A DNA stretch of 32,000 bases from Geobacter metallireducens GS-15. Lineage in GTDB: Bacteria > Desulfobacterota > Desulfuromonadia > Geobacterales > Geobacteraceae. The notes under the pieces were generated by a model. That model did no database searches. It worked only from the letters and a program-made list of their open reading frames with translations, and was not told where the DNA came from. The stretch is taken from NCBI RefSeq assembly GCF_000012925.1, contig NC_007517.1:1530001-1562000 (forward strand). Reading direction: 5' to 3'. The position numbers and the translations under genes are program-made. Within the stretch, counting starts at the first letter, position 1. The number at the start of each line of letters is the position of its first letter. Shown in pieces: positions 1-7,899 of this stretch.

Positions 1-107
1 ACAAGGAGGGGGCGCCTCTCGGTTTCTTTCATGACGGCTCCACAGATATAGAAACATCGGCAACCGAGTCCCAGAAGATTGCAGGGCTACCGGGGGCAAA
101 GATAGAT

Positions 108-506
108 GTGCTCTCCACGAAAAGCGCCGATGAGTTGATGCACTATGACCTTCTTGAGATGGTCAACGTGTCGAAGCTTTGGGAATCGACCAGCAGCAGA
201 TTCGCCTCTGAGCGCGACAAGATCCGCAATGAAGCTGCTGTTGTCGACCGGTACCAGGAAGAGGAAAAGCTTCGGGAACTTGAGGATGATCTGAAAGAAG
301 TTGCCATGGCGTACGTGGGGAGGATGGGGGCTGCCCTCGTGGAGAAGGAACTGAATGACCGGGGGGGACGGCGGGCACTCCAGGATAGTGCGCTTGTCGG
401 CGCGTTTCTGGCCGGGGTGGAAAAGGGGGCAAAGCTGCTCACCAGCATGTCCAAGACTAAGGAGATGCTGGACACCATGAAGGAAGAGATTGCCCGGCGG
501 ATTTAA
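108..506 (+). CDS. hypothetical helical/charged protein; 5' end uncertain
   Basis: 132-aa ORF from GTG at 108. The frame has no stop back to window position 3, so the gene may begin upstream of the window. Charged helix-prone sequence (EEEKLRELEDDLKE), no family recognised. Lies 39 nt upstream of the next co-directional gene. Confidence 0.5.
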   Translation: MLSTKSADELMHYDLLEMVNVSKLWESTSSRFASERDKIRNEAAVVDRYQEEEKLRELEDDLKEVAMAYVGRMGAALVEKELNDRGGRRALQDSALVGAFLAGVEKGAKLLTSMSKTKEMLDTMKEEIARRI

Positions 507-545
507 CAGGCTGTAGATGATTTTTTCCGAGTAGTTGGGGGGACA

Positions 546-1283
546 ATGGCGGACATCACCACGGTTGACCTTGTACAAATAACATTCTGGTTCCTGGCGG
601 GATGTATCAGTTTTTACTTCAGTATCGGTAATGCCCGGGTCTGGACCAGTATTTCGCTGGGATTCTTCCTCATTTTCCTGAGCCAGCTCTATGTGGTGGA
701 GAAGGCCCTCGATATGCCGTGGACCGCCTATACCCAGCTTGAGGCCATCCACTACATTATCGGCACCATCTCTATCATGGTCATGACCCACGGGTTTCAA
801 GAGTATTACATCTTCAGCCGTACCCTGGAGATCGGCGGGACCAAGACGGCGGTTTATCTGACGGTTCTCGGCGTTGTCGCCGCGTCGGTGGTCTTCGTAT
901 TCATCAATCCGGAGCCTCAGTACACGGTGCTTCGCAACATCAGCGTGATTGAGAATGCCACGTGGGTCTTCCTCTCCCTGGTCAATCTCGATATGGTCCG
1001 AAAGATCTATGCCCAGATCCGGGACTCGGTCATTGCCAAGGGATTCATCGGTTTTGGCATTGTCTTTATCGCCATCTTCCTCTGGAAGGGGGCTGAGCTC
1101 TATCTCCAGGTCTATAACTGGGATGCGGACTGGAAGCTCATCATGCAGAACCTTGGGGGCGTCGTGCCTGATCTGTATTCGGGGCGTCGCGACTTCTCGC
1201 TCTTGGTCCACGACTATGCCGGTCTCCTTTCCGGGGTCTCGGTGGGGGGGACATTCATTTACCTGTTGAAGTTGTTGCGTTAA
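546..1283 (+). CDS. hypothetical polytopic (about 7 TM) membrane protein
   Basis: 245-aa ORF with ATG preceded by GGGGGGA. About seven hydrophobic segments (ITFWFLAGCISFYFSIG, SISLGFFLIFLSQLYVV, VYLTVLGVVAASVVFVFI, FIGFGIVFIAIFLW and others). No family recognised. Followed by an intrinsic terminator. Confidence 0.7.
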   Translation: MADITTVDLVQITFWFLAGCISFYFSIGNARVWTSISLGFFLIFLSQLYVVEKALDMPWTAYTQLEAIHYIIGTISIMVMTHGFQEYYIFSRTLEIGGTKTAVYLTVLGVVAASVVFVFINPEPQYTVLRNISVIENATWVFLSLVNLDMVRKIYAQIRDSVIAKGFIGFGIVFIAIFLWKGAELYLQVYNWDADWKLIMQNLGGVVPDLYSGRRDFSLLVHDYAGLLSGVSVGGTFIYLLKLLR

Positions 1284-1309
1284 CGCAGCACGTGGATCTA
1301 TTTTCCGAG

Positions 1310-1338
1310 AAAAGGGCTGCGAGGCCCTTTTCTTGTTT
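1310..1338 (+). terminator. rho-independent terminator after the 7TM gene
   Basis: Perfect 8-bp stem AAAAGGGC (1310-1317) / GCCCTTTT (1324-1331), loop TGCGAG, then T-rich CTTGTTT. Sits 27 nt after the stop at 1283. Confidence 0.65.
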
Positions 1339-1346
1339 GCGGGACA

Positions 1347-2003
1347 GTGAGCACTGTTCCGTCGATGCTCGGGGGCTACGTGAACCACCTGCTTGGTGAG
1401 TATCTGCAGCAACATGGTTACTGGGTTCTGTTTCTTTGGACCTTCCTAGAAGGGGAGGCGGGTCTCATCCTGGCCGGGTTCCTGGCCTTCCAGGGGTATC
1501 TGACTCTTCCCGCCGTTATCGTGACGGCCCTTGGCGGGGCGTTTCTCGGCGATCAGTTTTACTTTTATCTGGGGCGTTGGAAGGGTCCATGGCTTCTCAA
1601 GATGTTCACCCTTGTCGCCCGGAAGTTCCGCAAGGCCCTGCGGCTCATTGAGAAGTACGGTACGTTCGTTGCTTTCATCTCCCGATACACCTATGGTTTC
1701 CGGATTGTTTTGCCGATCATCCTCGGTATGTCCAGTTTTCCGGCGTCCCGCTTTCTTTCCCTCAATATGGTGAGTGCGCTCCTCTGGGCGACGCTGTTTT
1801 CGTTGGCCGGTTACTTCTTCGGCAAAAGCGCATCGCTGTTCGTGGAGGACGTGAGCCGTTACGAGATGCACCTTCTCGCAGCGCTCGCCGGCCTTATTTT
1901 CTGTATGTGGCTGTCCCATTTCGTCCATGCCTGGTTCCGGCGCAAGCCGGCCCGAACGAGGTTGAAGAGGATAAGGGATAGCCGAAAAACCGTGGATCAG
2001 TAA
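1347..2003 (+). CDS. dedA: DedA / SNARE-associated family inner-membrane protein
   Basis: 218-aa ORF with DedA-type motifs: WTFLEGEAGLILAGFLA, GDQFYFYLGRW, ISRYTYGFRIVLPIILG. GTG start at 1347; ATG at 1365 is an alternative. Confidence 0.85.
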   Translation: MSTVPSMLGGYVNHLLGEYLQQHGYWVLFLWTFLEGEAGLILAGFLAFQGYLTLPAVIVTALGGAFLGDQFYFYLGRWKGPWLLKMFTLVARKFRKALRLIEKYGTFVAFISRYTYGFRIVLPIILGMSSFPASRFLSLNMVSALLWATLFSLAGYFFGKSASLFVEDVSRYEMHLLAALAGLIFCMWLSHFVHAWFRRKPARTRLKRIRDSRKTVDQ

Positions 2004-2027
2004 CAAAGAGATGTGCTGGAGACCTCG

Positions 2028-2774
2028 ATGACCGTTTCGATGAAGAATAATATTTCAGTCATCCTCGTGGAACCCCAGAGTCCGGGTAACGTGGGGATGG
2101 TCTGCCGGGCCATGAAGAACATGGGTCTGGCTGAACTCCGCATCGTCAAGGGATGCCCCCTCGACCATCCCGAAGCATACAAGTTTGCCGTTTCCGCCAA
2201 GGACCTCCTGGAGGGGGCGCGGGTCTTTCCATCCCTCGAAGAGGCCCTGGCCGACACGGAGCTCTCCGTTGCCACCACCCGCCGTCACGGCAAGTACCGG
2301 CAGGAGATTTACTCTCCCGGGGAAATAGCAGGGAAGATCGTCACGAACCTGGCCGGCAACCGTGCGGCCCTCGTTTTTGGCCGGGAAGACAGCGGTCTGA
2401 CCACCGACGAGCTTTCCCTCTGCCGGTGGCACGCCACCATCCCCACCTCCGCAGAATATGGATCATTGAACCTGGCCCAGGCGGTGTTGATCTTCTGCTA
2501 CGAACTTTTTGCGGGATTGGGTGAGGGAACCGTTGCGGGGGAGGCCCGGACCCTGGCAGGCAGCGCTGCCCAGGAGGCCCTCTTCGGCCAGATGGAGCGG
2601 ACGCTCTTGCGGATCGGTTTCCTCAATCCCCAGAACCCTGACCACATCATGCGGACAGTGCGGCGCATCTTTTCTCGGGCCGAGCTGGATGACCGCGAGG
2701 TGGCCATCCTGCGCGGCATGATGACCCAGATCGATTGGGCCGCCGACCAGTTCAAGGGGAAGAAGGGGCAATGA
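2028..2774 (+). CDS. trmJ: SpoU/TrmH-class tRNA 2'-O-methyltransferase, TrmJ-like
   Basis: Collinear with E. coli TrmJ as I recall it: ISVILVEPQSPGNVGMVCRAMKNMGL, ALVFGREDSGLTTDEL, EYGSLNLAQAVLIFCYE, C-terminal RRIFSRAELDDREVAILRGM. ATG 2028 is preferred over GTG 2013 because GGAG (2018-2021) lies 6 nt upstream. Confidence 0.85.
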   Translation: MTVSMKNNISVILVEPQSPGNVGMVCRAMKNMGLAELRIVKGCPLDHPEAYKFAVSAKDLLEGARVFPSLEEALADTELSVATTRRHGKYRQEIYSPGEIAGKIVTNLAGNRAALVFGREDSGLTTDELSLCRWHATIPTSAEYGSLNLAQAVLIFCYELFAGLGEGTVAGEARTLAGSAAQEALFGQMERTLLRIGFLNPQNPDHIMRTVRRIFSRAELDDREVAILRGMMTQIDWAADQFKGKKGQ

Positions 2775-3088
2775 ACGGCGAGATAATGCTGGGGCTGGTG
2801 GCCGGCGCGGTGACGAGCATCGCGGTGGTGCCGCAGGTGGCCCGGGCCTACCGTACCAAGCGTGTGCGGGACATCTCGGTCTGGCAGCCGGTGATCCTGG
2901 TCGCCGGAATGATCCTCTGGCTCACCTATGGCGTCATGATCGGGGACATACCGCTCATCGCAGCCAACATCTTCTCCATCGCCTGCAACGGCATCCTGAT
3001 CGGGATGAAATTCTGCTACCGTGGGGGTGACAACGGGGCCGATGGTGGTTATTCTTTAGGGCAAACCAATCAAACGGAGGACCTATGA
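2771..3088 (+). CDS. SemiSWEET (PQ-loop / MtN3 half-transporter), 105 aa, 3 TM
   Basis: Matches bacterial SemiSWEETs: [18 protein letters not shown] (PQ motif) and [23 protein letters not shown] 2771 overlaps the trmJ stop (ATGA, 2771-2774). The ORF-track start at 2735 would overlap trmJ by 40 nt. Confidence 0.8.
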   Translation: MNGEIMLGLVAGAVTSIAVVPQVARAYRTKRVRDISVWQPVILVAGMILWLTYGVMIGDIPLIAANIFSIACNGILIGMKFCYRGGDNGADGGYSLGQTNQTEDL

Positions 3089-3669
3089 AACGGATAGTAA
3101 TGCTTGTGCTTGCCGCTCTCACCCTCTCGGGGTTGACAGGGTGTGGCTACAACGTGATGCAGGCCAAGGAAGAGGCGGTTCTCGCCGCATGGGGCGACGT
3201 TGAGGCCGCCTACCAGCGTCGGGCGGATCTGGTTCCCAACCTCGTGGAGGTGGTGAAGGGATATGCGAAGCACGAGGCGGATACCTTGACGGCAGTGACC
3301 GAGGCCCGGGCCAAGGTGGGCTCCATGCAGGTGACCAAGGAGGCGCTGTCGAACCCTGAAACTTTCGCCAAGTTCCAGCAGGCCCAGGGGGAGCTTTCCG
3401 GTGCCCTTTCCCGGCTCATGGTGGTGGTCGAACGGTATCCCGACCTCAAGGCGAACCAGAACTTCCTTGATCTCCAGAACCAGCTGGAGGGGACCGAGAA
3501 CCGGATCAACGTGGCCCGGACCCGCTACAACAAGTCGGTTCAGGACTTCAACACCAGCATCCGCACCTTCCCCAATAGTCTCACCAACAAGCTCCTGCTG
3601 CACCTGGAGCGGAAAGAACCCTTCAAGGCGGAAGAAGGGGCCAAGACGGCACCCAAAGTGAAGTTCTGA
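3085..3669 (+). CDS. lemA: LemA family protein (lipoprotein-type signal)
   Basis: 194 aa. N-terminal LSGLTGC lipobox-like signal. LemA-type sequence [31 protein letters not shown] ... [30 protein letters not shown] overlap with the SemiSWEET stop (3085-3088). Confidence 0.9.
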   Translation: MKRIVMLVLAALTLSGLTGCGYNVMQAKEEAVLAAWGDVEAAYQRRADLVPNLVEVVKGYAKHEADTLTAVTEARAKVGSMQVTKEALSNPETFAKFQQAQGELSGALSRLMVVVERYPDLKANQNFLDLQNQLEGTENRINVARTRYNKSVQDFNTSIRTFPNSLTNKLLLHLERKEPFKAEEGAKTAPKVKF

Positions 3670-3680
3670 CCGAGATTTGA

Positions 3681-4553
3681 ATGATACGTCTCTTCCTTGC
3701 CATACTCATCGTTCTCCTCCCCGCGTTAGCTTCGGCTCTGGATGTGCCGCAGCTGCGGGGGTATGTGAACGACTATGCCGGCATCCTCTCCGCCGGAACG
3801 GTGCGGCAGTTGGAGGAATCCCTTGCCGGGTTCGAGCGGAGCGATTCGACCCAGATCGTGGTCCTCACGGTGCCGTCCCTGGAAGGGGATGATCTGGAAA
3901 CTTTCTCCATCCGGGTTGCCGAGGCATGGCAGATCGGCCACAAGGGGAAGGACAACGGCGCCATCCTCCTGGTTGCCAAGGCGGAGCGGAAGGTTAGGAT
4001 AGAGGTGGGGCGCGGCCTCGAAGGAACCCTCACCGACCTTGTCTCGGGGCGGATCATCCGGGGCGAGATCACCCCCCGCTTCAAACAGGGGGATTTCGAC
4101 GGCGGCGTCACTGCCGGCGTTACCGCCATCATGGCTGTGGTCAAGGGAGAGTATGCCGCCACACCGCGGGATCTCCGACAGGGGAAACGGAGCGCCCCTC
4201 CTGTGGCGGCGCTCCTGTTCTTTCTCGGTGTCGCCTGCATCTTCCTCGGGGCGCTCTCACGGGTCTTCGGAGGCATCGCCGGGGCTGCAGGGCTCCCCTT
4301 GGTGGCCTCGCTCACTTTCCCGGGTCTTGGCATTATCGTTCTCGCAGGGCTGGCGGTGGCGGGATTTCTCCTGGGCATCTTCCTGACGTTCCTCTTCGGC
4401 GGCGGGGGACGGGGAGGAGGGGGCACTTGGGGTGGTCCCTTCTACGGGGGGGGCTTTGGTGGAGGATTCGGCGGCGGATGGTCATCGGGCGGGGGAGGCT
4501 TTTCCGGGGGCGGCGGTGGCTTCGGCGGCGGCGGAGCGTCCGGTGACTGGTGA
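3681..4553 (+). CDS. TPM-domain (YgcG-like) membrane protein with Gly-rich C-terminal tail
   Basis: 290 aa. Signal peptide, then TPM fold motifs (YVNDYAGILS, DSTQIVVLTVPSL, NGAILLVAKAERKVRIEVGRGLEG), TM segments, and a 52-aa tail with 33 Gly (4395-4550). Confidence 0.85.
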   Translation: MIRLFLAILIVLLPALASALDVPQLRGYVNDYAGILSAGTVRQLEESLAGFERSDSTQIVVLTVPSLEGDDLETFSIRVAEAWQIGHKGKDNGAILLVAKAERKVRIEVGRGLEGTLTDLVSGRIIRGEITPRFKQGDFDGGVTAGVTAIMAVVKGEYAATPRDLRQGKRSAPPVAALLFFLGVACIFLGALSRVFGGIAGAAGLPLVASLTFPGLGIIVLAGLAVAGFLLGIFLTFLFGGGGRGGGGTWGGPFYGGGFGGGFGGGWSSGGGGFSGGGGGFGGGGASGDW

Positions 4554-4574
4554 TCAGGGTATGAGGGGGAACGC

Positions 4575-5210
4575 GTGAAAAGGGCGGAGGAGTTTTTCAC
4601 CCCGAAGGAGCGGGAGCGGGTAAGGGCCGCCGTGGCGGAAACCGAGAGAGGCACTTCGGGGGAGATTGCCACCATGGTCGTGGACGCCAGCGACAGCTAT
4701 CGTGAGGCGGAAATTCTCGGCGCGGTGCTCCTCTCCGGGCTCCTGTCGGTCATTGTTGCCGTGACGATCCACCATGTGACCATCTGGTCGTACATCCCCC
4801 TGGTTGTCCTGCTCTATTTTCCTTCCTGGTATCTCTTTCGGCGCGCCCCGCGTCTGAAGCTTCCCTTCGCGGGACGCCGCCGGCTCGCCGAGGCGGTGCG
4901 GGAGCGGGCGGTGCGGGCTTTCTACGAAAAGGGGCTCTACCGGACCCGTGAGGAAACCGGCATTCTCATCTTTATTTCCCTACTTGAGCACAAGGTATGG
5001 ATCCTTGGGGATCGGGGCATCAACAAGAAGATCGATCCGCGTTTCTGGCAGGAGTTGGCCGCTCAGCTGGCCCGGGGGCTTCGGGAGGGGCGGGCCTGCG
5101 ATGTCCTCTGCTCGGTCGTTGCCGGGTGCGGCGCCGAACTGGCCAGGCATTTCCCCCACAGGGCCGACGATGTGAACGAGTTGCAGGATGAGATTCTCAC
5201 CGAGCGTTAG
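4575..5210 (+). CDS. second TPM-domain membrane protein (TLP18.3/Psb32/MOLO-1 superfamily)
   Basis: 211 aa. GTG start 6 nt after GAGGGGGA. FFTPKERERVRAAVAETERGTSGEIATMVV, two TM segments, then TGILIFISLLEHKVWILGDRGI. This is the usual third member of LemA-TPM-TPM operons. Confidence 0.75.
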   Translation: MKRAEEFFTPKERERVRAAVAETERGTSGEIATMVVDASDSYREAEILGAVLLSGLLSVIVAVTIHHVTIWSYIPLVVLLYFPSWYLFRRAPRLKLPFAGRRRLAEAVRERAVRAFYEKGLYRTREETGILIFISLLEHKVWILGDRGINKKIDPRFWQELAAQLARGLREGRACDVLCSVVAGCGAELARHFPHRADDVNELQDEILTER

Positions 5211-6760
5211 TGCACCCCTTCGGTTTCAGCGCCGGTTTTCTGCTTTCTGAGCAGGAGCAGAAACGGCATCACACCGAGAAACGTCAATCCCACGATCCAG
5301 AAAATACGGTTGTAGGCCAGCATCCCCGCCTGGCGCTGGAGCATGCCATAGATGGCTGCCAGGGACGCCTTGTCGGCGGTGGCGGCATCGAGGCCCCTCA
5401 GCATCAATCCCTGCTTCACCATCTCAAGTTTTTGCCGGGCCACCGGGCTGTAGGGTGTAACCTGTCCAGCCAGGACATTCTGATAAAATTGAGACTGGCG
5501 GGAGAGCATCGTTGCCGCCACGGCGATCCCGACACTGCCGCCCATGTTGCGCAGCAGATTGTAAAGGCCGGCGGCATTTCCCATTTCCACCTTCGGAATC
5601 GAGCCGAGGGTCAGGGTGGAGAGCGGCACGAAGAGCATGGCAAGCCCCACCCCGAGAATGACCCTGGGCCAGACGAAGTCCCAGTACGACGCCTCCAGCG
5701 TGAAGCCCCGCATCAGGAACATGGACCAGGCGCTGATGATGAGCCCCACCAGTATCACCTTTCTCCCATCATATTTCGAGATAACCGCGCCGACGAAGGG
5801 CATGGTGATGAGGGTAGCCGCTCCCCCCGGGGCAAGGACCATCCCCGCCATGGTGGCGTCGTACCCCATGAGGGTCTGGAGGAAGAGGGGGATCAGCACG
5901 ATGGAGCTGTAGAGACTGAAGCCCAGCATGAACATGACGAAGTTCCCCGCCGAGAAGGAGACATCCTTGAAGAGCCGCAGGTTGATGATCGGGTGTTCGT
6001 GTTTCAGTTCCACATAGACGAGGGCGAGGAGGGTCAGGGCCGAGAGGATCGAGCAGGACAGGATGAAGGATGAATTGAACCAGTCGTCCTGCTGCCCTTT
6101 GTCGAGGACGATCTGGAGCGCTCCGAGACCGACGGTGAGAAGCCCGAGCCCCCACCAGTCAATGGCCACCCTGGCCCGGCGCAGGTACGGCGGGTCGAAG
6201 ATGAAGGCGGCGGCCATGATGACGGCGATGATGCCGAGGGGGATGTTGATATAGAAGATCCACCGCCAGTTCAGGTTGTCGGTGATCCACCCTCCGAGGG
6301 CCGGGCCGATGATCGGCCCGAACATGGCGCCTACGCCGAAGATGGCATTGGCCATTCCCCGTTCGTGGGGAGGAAACGTTTCCAGGAGGATCGCCTGGCT
6401 GCTGGGGATGAGGGCGCCCCCGGCCGCTCCCTGGAGCACCCGGAAAAAGATGAGGCTTGCCAGGTTGGGGGCCGCGCCGCAGAGAAGCGAGGCCAGAGTG
6501 AAGAGGGTGATGCAGGAGATGAGAAACCGTTTGCGTCCGAAAAGCCTGGAAAGCCAGCCGGTCATGGGAAGGACCACGGCATTGCTCACCAGGTAGGAGG
6601 TGAGGACCCACGTGATTTCGTCGGTCCCCGCGTTGAGGCTCCCCTGCATGTGGGGAAGCGCCACGTTGGCCACCGACGTGTCTACGATCTCCATGATGGT
6701 GGGAAGCATCACGGTGATGGTGACGATCCACTTGTTGACGTCCTTGACCGGTGCGTCCAT
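5207..6760 (-). CDS. emrB: MFS drug:H+ antiporter, DHA2 / EmrB-QacA subfamily (14 TM)
   Basis: 517 aa. EmrB-like N-terminus: IMEIVDTSVANVALPHMQGSL, LSRLFGRKRFL, FRVLQGAAGGALIP, GPALGGWITDNLNWRWIFYINIP. Confidence 0.9.
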   Translation of the reverse strand: MDAPVKDVNKWIVTITVMLPTIMEIVDTSVANVALPHMQGSLNAGTDEITWVLTSYLVSNAVVLPMTGWLSRLFGRKRFLISCITLFTLASLLCGAAPNLASLIFFRVLQGAAGGALIPSSQAILLETFPPHERGMANAIFGVGAMFGPIIGPALGGWITDNLNWRWIFYINIPLGIIAVIMAAAFIFDPPYLRRARVAIDWWGLGLLTVGLGALQIVLDKGQQDDWFNSSFILSCSILSALTLLALVYVELKHEHPIINLRLFKDVSFSAGNFVMFMLGFSLYSSIVLIPLFLQTLMGYDATMAGMVLAPGGAATLITMPFVGAVISKYDGRKVILVGLIISAWSMFLMRGFTLEASYWDFVWPRVILGVGLAMLFVPLSTLTLGSIPKVEMGNAAGLYNLLRNMGGSVGIAVAATMLSRQSQFYQNVLAGQVTPYSPVARQKLEMVKQGLMLRGLDAATADKASLAAIYGMLQRQAGMLAYNRIFWIVGLTFLGVMPFLLLLRKQKTGAETEGVH

Positions 6761-6772
6761 GAACCCGCAGTC

Positions 6773-7897
6773 CTAGAAGGGCCGGAAATCCCTGAGGATT
6801 TCCCCCAGTTTGCGCCCGGTGTTCACGGTGGGGATCACGCTCATTCCCACCCGGAGCAGATGCCGGGGGTCGCTCCCCGTATCCACCACGATCTTCACCG
6901 GCACTCGCTGCACCACCTTCACGTAGTTGCCGGTGGCGTTCTCGGACGGGAGGAGCGAGAAGGCGGCGCCGGTGCCGGCCATGATGCTGTCGACCCGGCC
7001 GGTAAAGGTGCGGGAGGGGTAGGCGTCCACGGTGAACGTCACCTTCTGGCCCGGTTTCATGTGGGCAAGCTGGCTTTCCTTGTAATTGGCCGTCACCCAC
7101 GTGTCGTTAAGGGCCACCACGGCCATGAGGGGCTGCCCTGCCTGGACCGTGGATCCCGTCTCAACGGACTTGCGGGTCACGTAGCCGTCGACGGGGGCAA
7201 CGATGCGCGTGTAGGAGAGGCTGAGGGAGGCTTCCCGTAGTTTCGCCTCCCGCTGGGCCACCCTGGCCTCTTTGCCGCCGGTGCCGGCAAGACCCAACTC
7301 TGCCTGGGCCTTGCGTACCCCTTCCTCTGCCTCCCGAAGCTGGGCAGCAGTCACCCGTCGTGCCGTTTCGAGGCGATCCAGCTGCTCACGCGGTATCACC
7401 TCCTTGGTAAAGAGGACACTTCCGCGCCTGAGGTCCAGCTCCGCCTGGTCCAGCCGCGCCCGGGCGTGGGAAACCGCTGCCCGGGCCGCTTCCACCTGGG
7501 CGTAGTCCCCCGAGGTTTCATTGCGCGCCATGTCAAGGTCGGCGGCCGCCGACCGGACCCGAACCTCATAGTCCGTAGGGTCCAGCTCCACCAGGGTCTC
7601 CCCCTTTTTCACAAACTGGTTGTCCATCACCGGGACAGCGGTCACGGTGCCCGAAACCCGCGGCGATATCGCGTGGATGTGGGCCTCAACAAAGGCGTTG
7701 TCGGTGGTGATGAGGGTCTTGCTCCGTAAGAACCAGTGCGTTCCCATGAACAGCCCGATGGCGATCACCGCGAGGAGAATGATTCCTGCCCGCGTCCGCT
7801 TCCCTCCCCGCTGCTTGCCCGCTGGGCCGGCCGTATCCGTTGCGGTTCTGGCGGTTTCTCCCGCCCCTTGATTTTCCTTCGATTCTTCCACTGCCAT
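6773..7897 (-). CDS. emrA: HlyD/EmrA-family membrane fusion protein
   Basis: 374 aa. Single N-terminal TM, then TDNAFVEAHIHAISPRVSGTV, coiled-coil segment and C-terminal GNYVKVVQRVPVKI. Lies 12 nt upstream of emrB. Confidence 0.9.
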   Translation of the reverse strand: MAVEESKENQGAGETARTATDTAGPAGKQRGGKRTRAGIILLAVIAIGLFMGTHWFLRSKTLITTDNAFVEAHIHAISPRVSGTVTAVPVMDNQFVKKGETLVELDPTDYEVRVRSAAADLDMARNETSGDYAQVEAARAAVSHARARLDQAELDLRRGSVLFTKEVIPREQLDRLETARRVTAAQLREAEEGVRKAQAELGLAGTGGKEARVAQREAKLREASLSLSYTRIVAPVDGYVTRKSVETGSTVQAGQPLMAVVALNDTWVTANYKESQLAHMKPGQKVTFTVDAYPSRTFTGRVDSIMAGTGAAFSLLPSENATGNYVKVVQRVPVKIVVDTGSDPRHLLRVGMSVIPTVNTGRKLGEILRDFRPF

Positions 7898-7899
7898 GA

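Noticed and set aside
87-1415. 442-aa minus-strand ORF spanning three + strand genes
   Set aside because: It is antisense to well-supported + strand genes, including one that ends in its own terminator. Composition is Arg/Pro/His/Gly/Asp-rich, typical of stop-poor antisense frames in high-GC DNA. No family resemblance.
5210-7240. Several 280-310-aa ORFs (5210-6073 +, 6159-7100 -, 6365-7240 +) overlapping emrB/emrA
   Set aside because: These are alternative frames or the opposite strand of clearly assignable efflux genes. Compositions are His/Arg/Gly/Pro-rich with no motifs.
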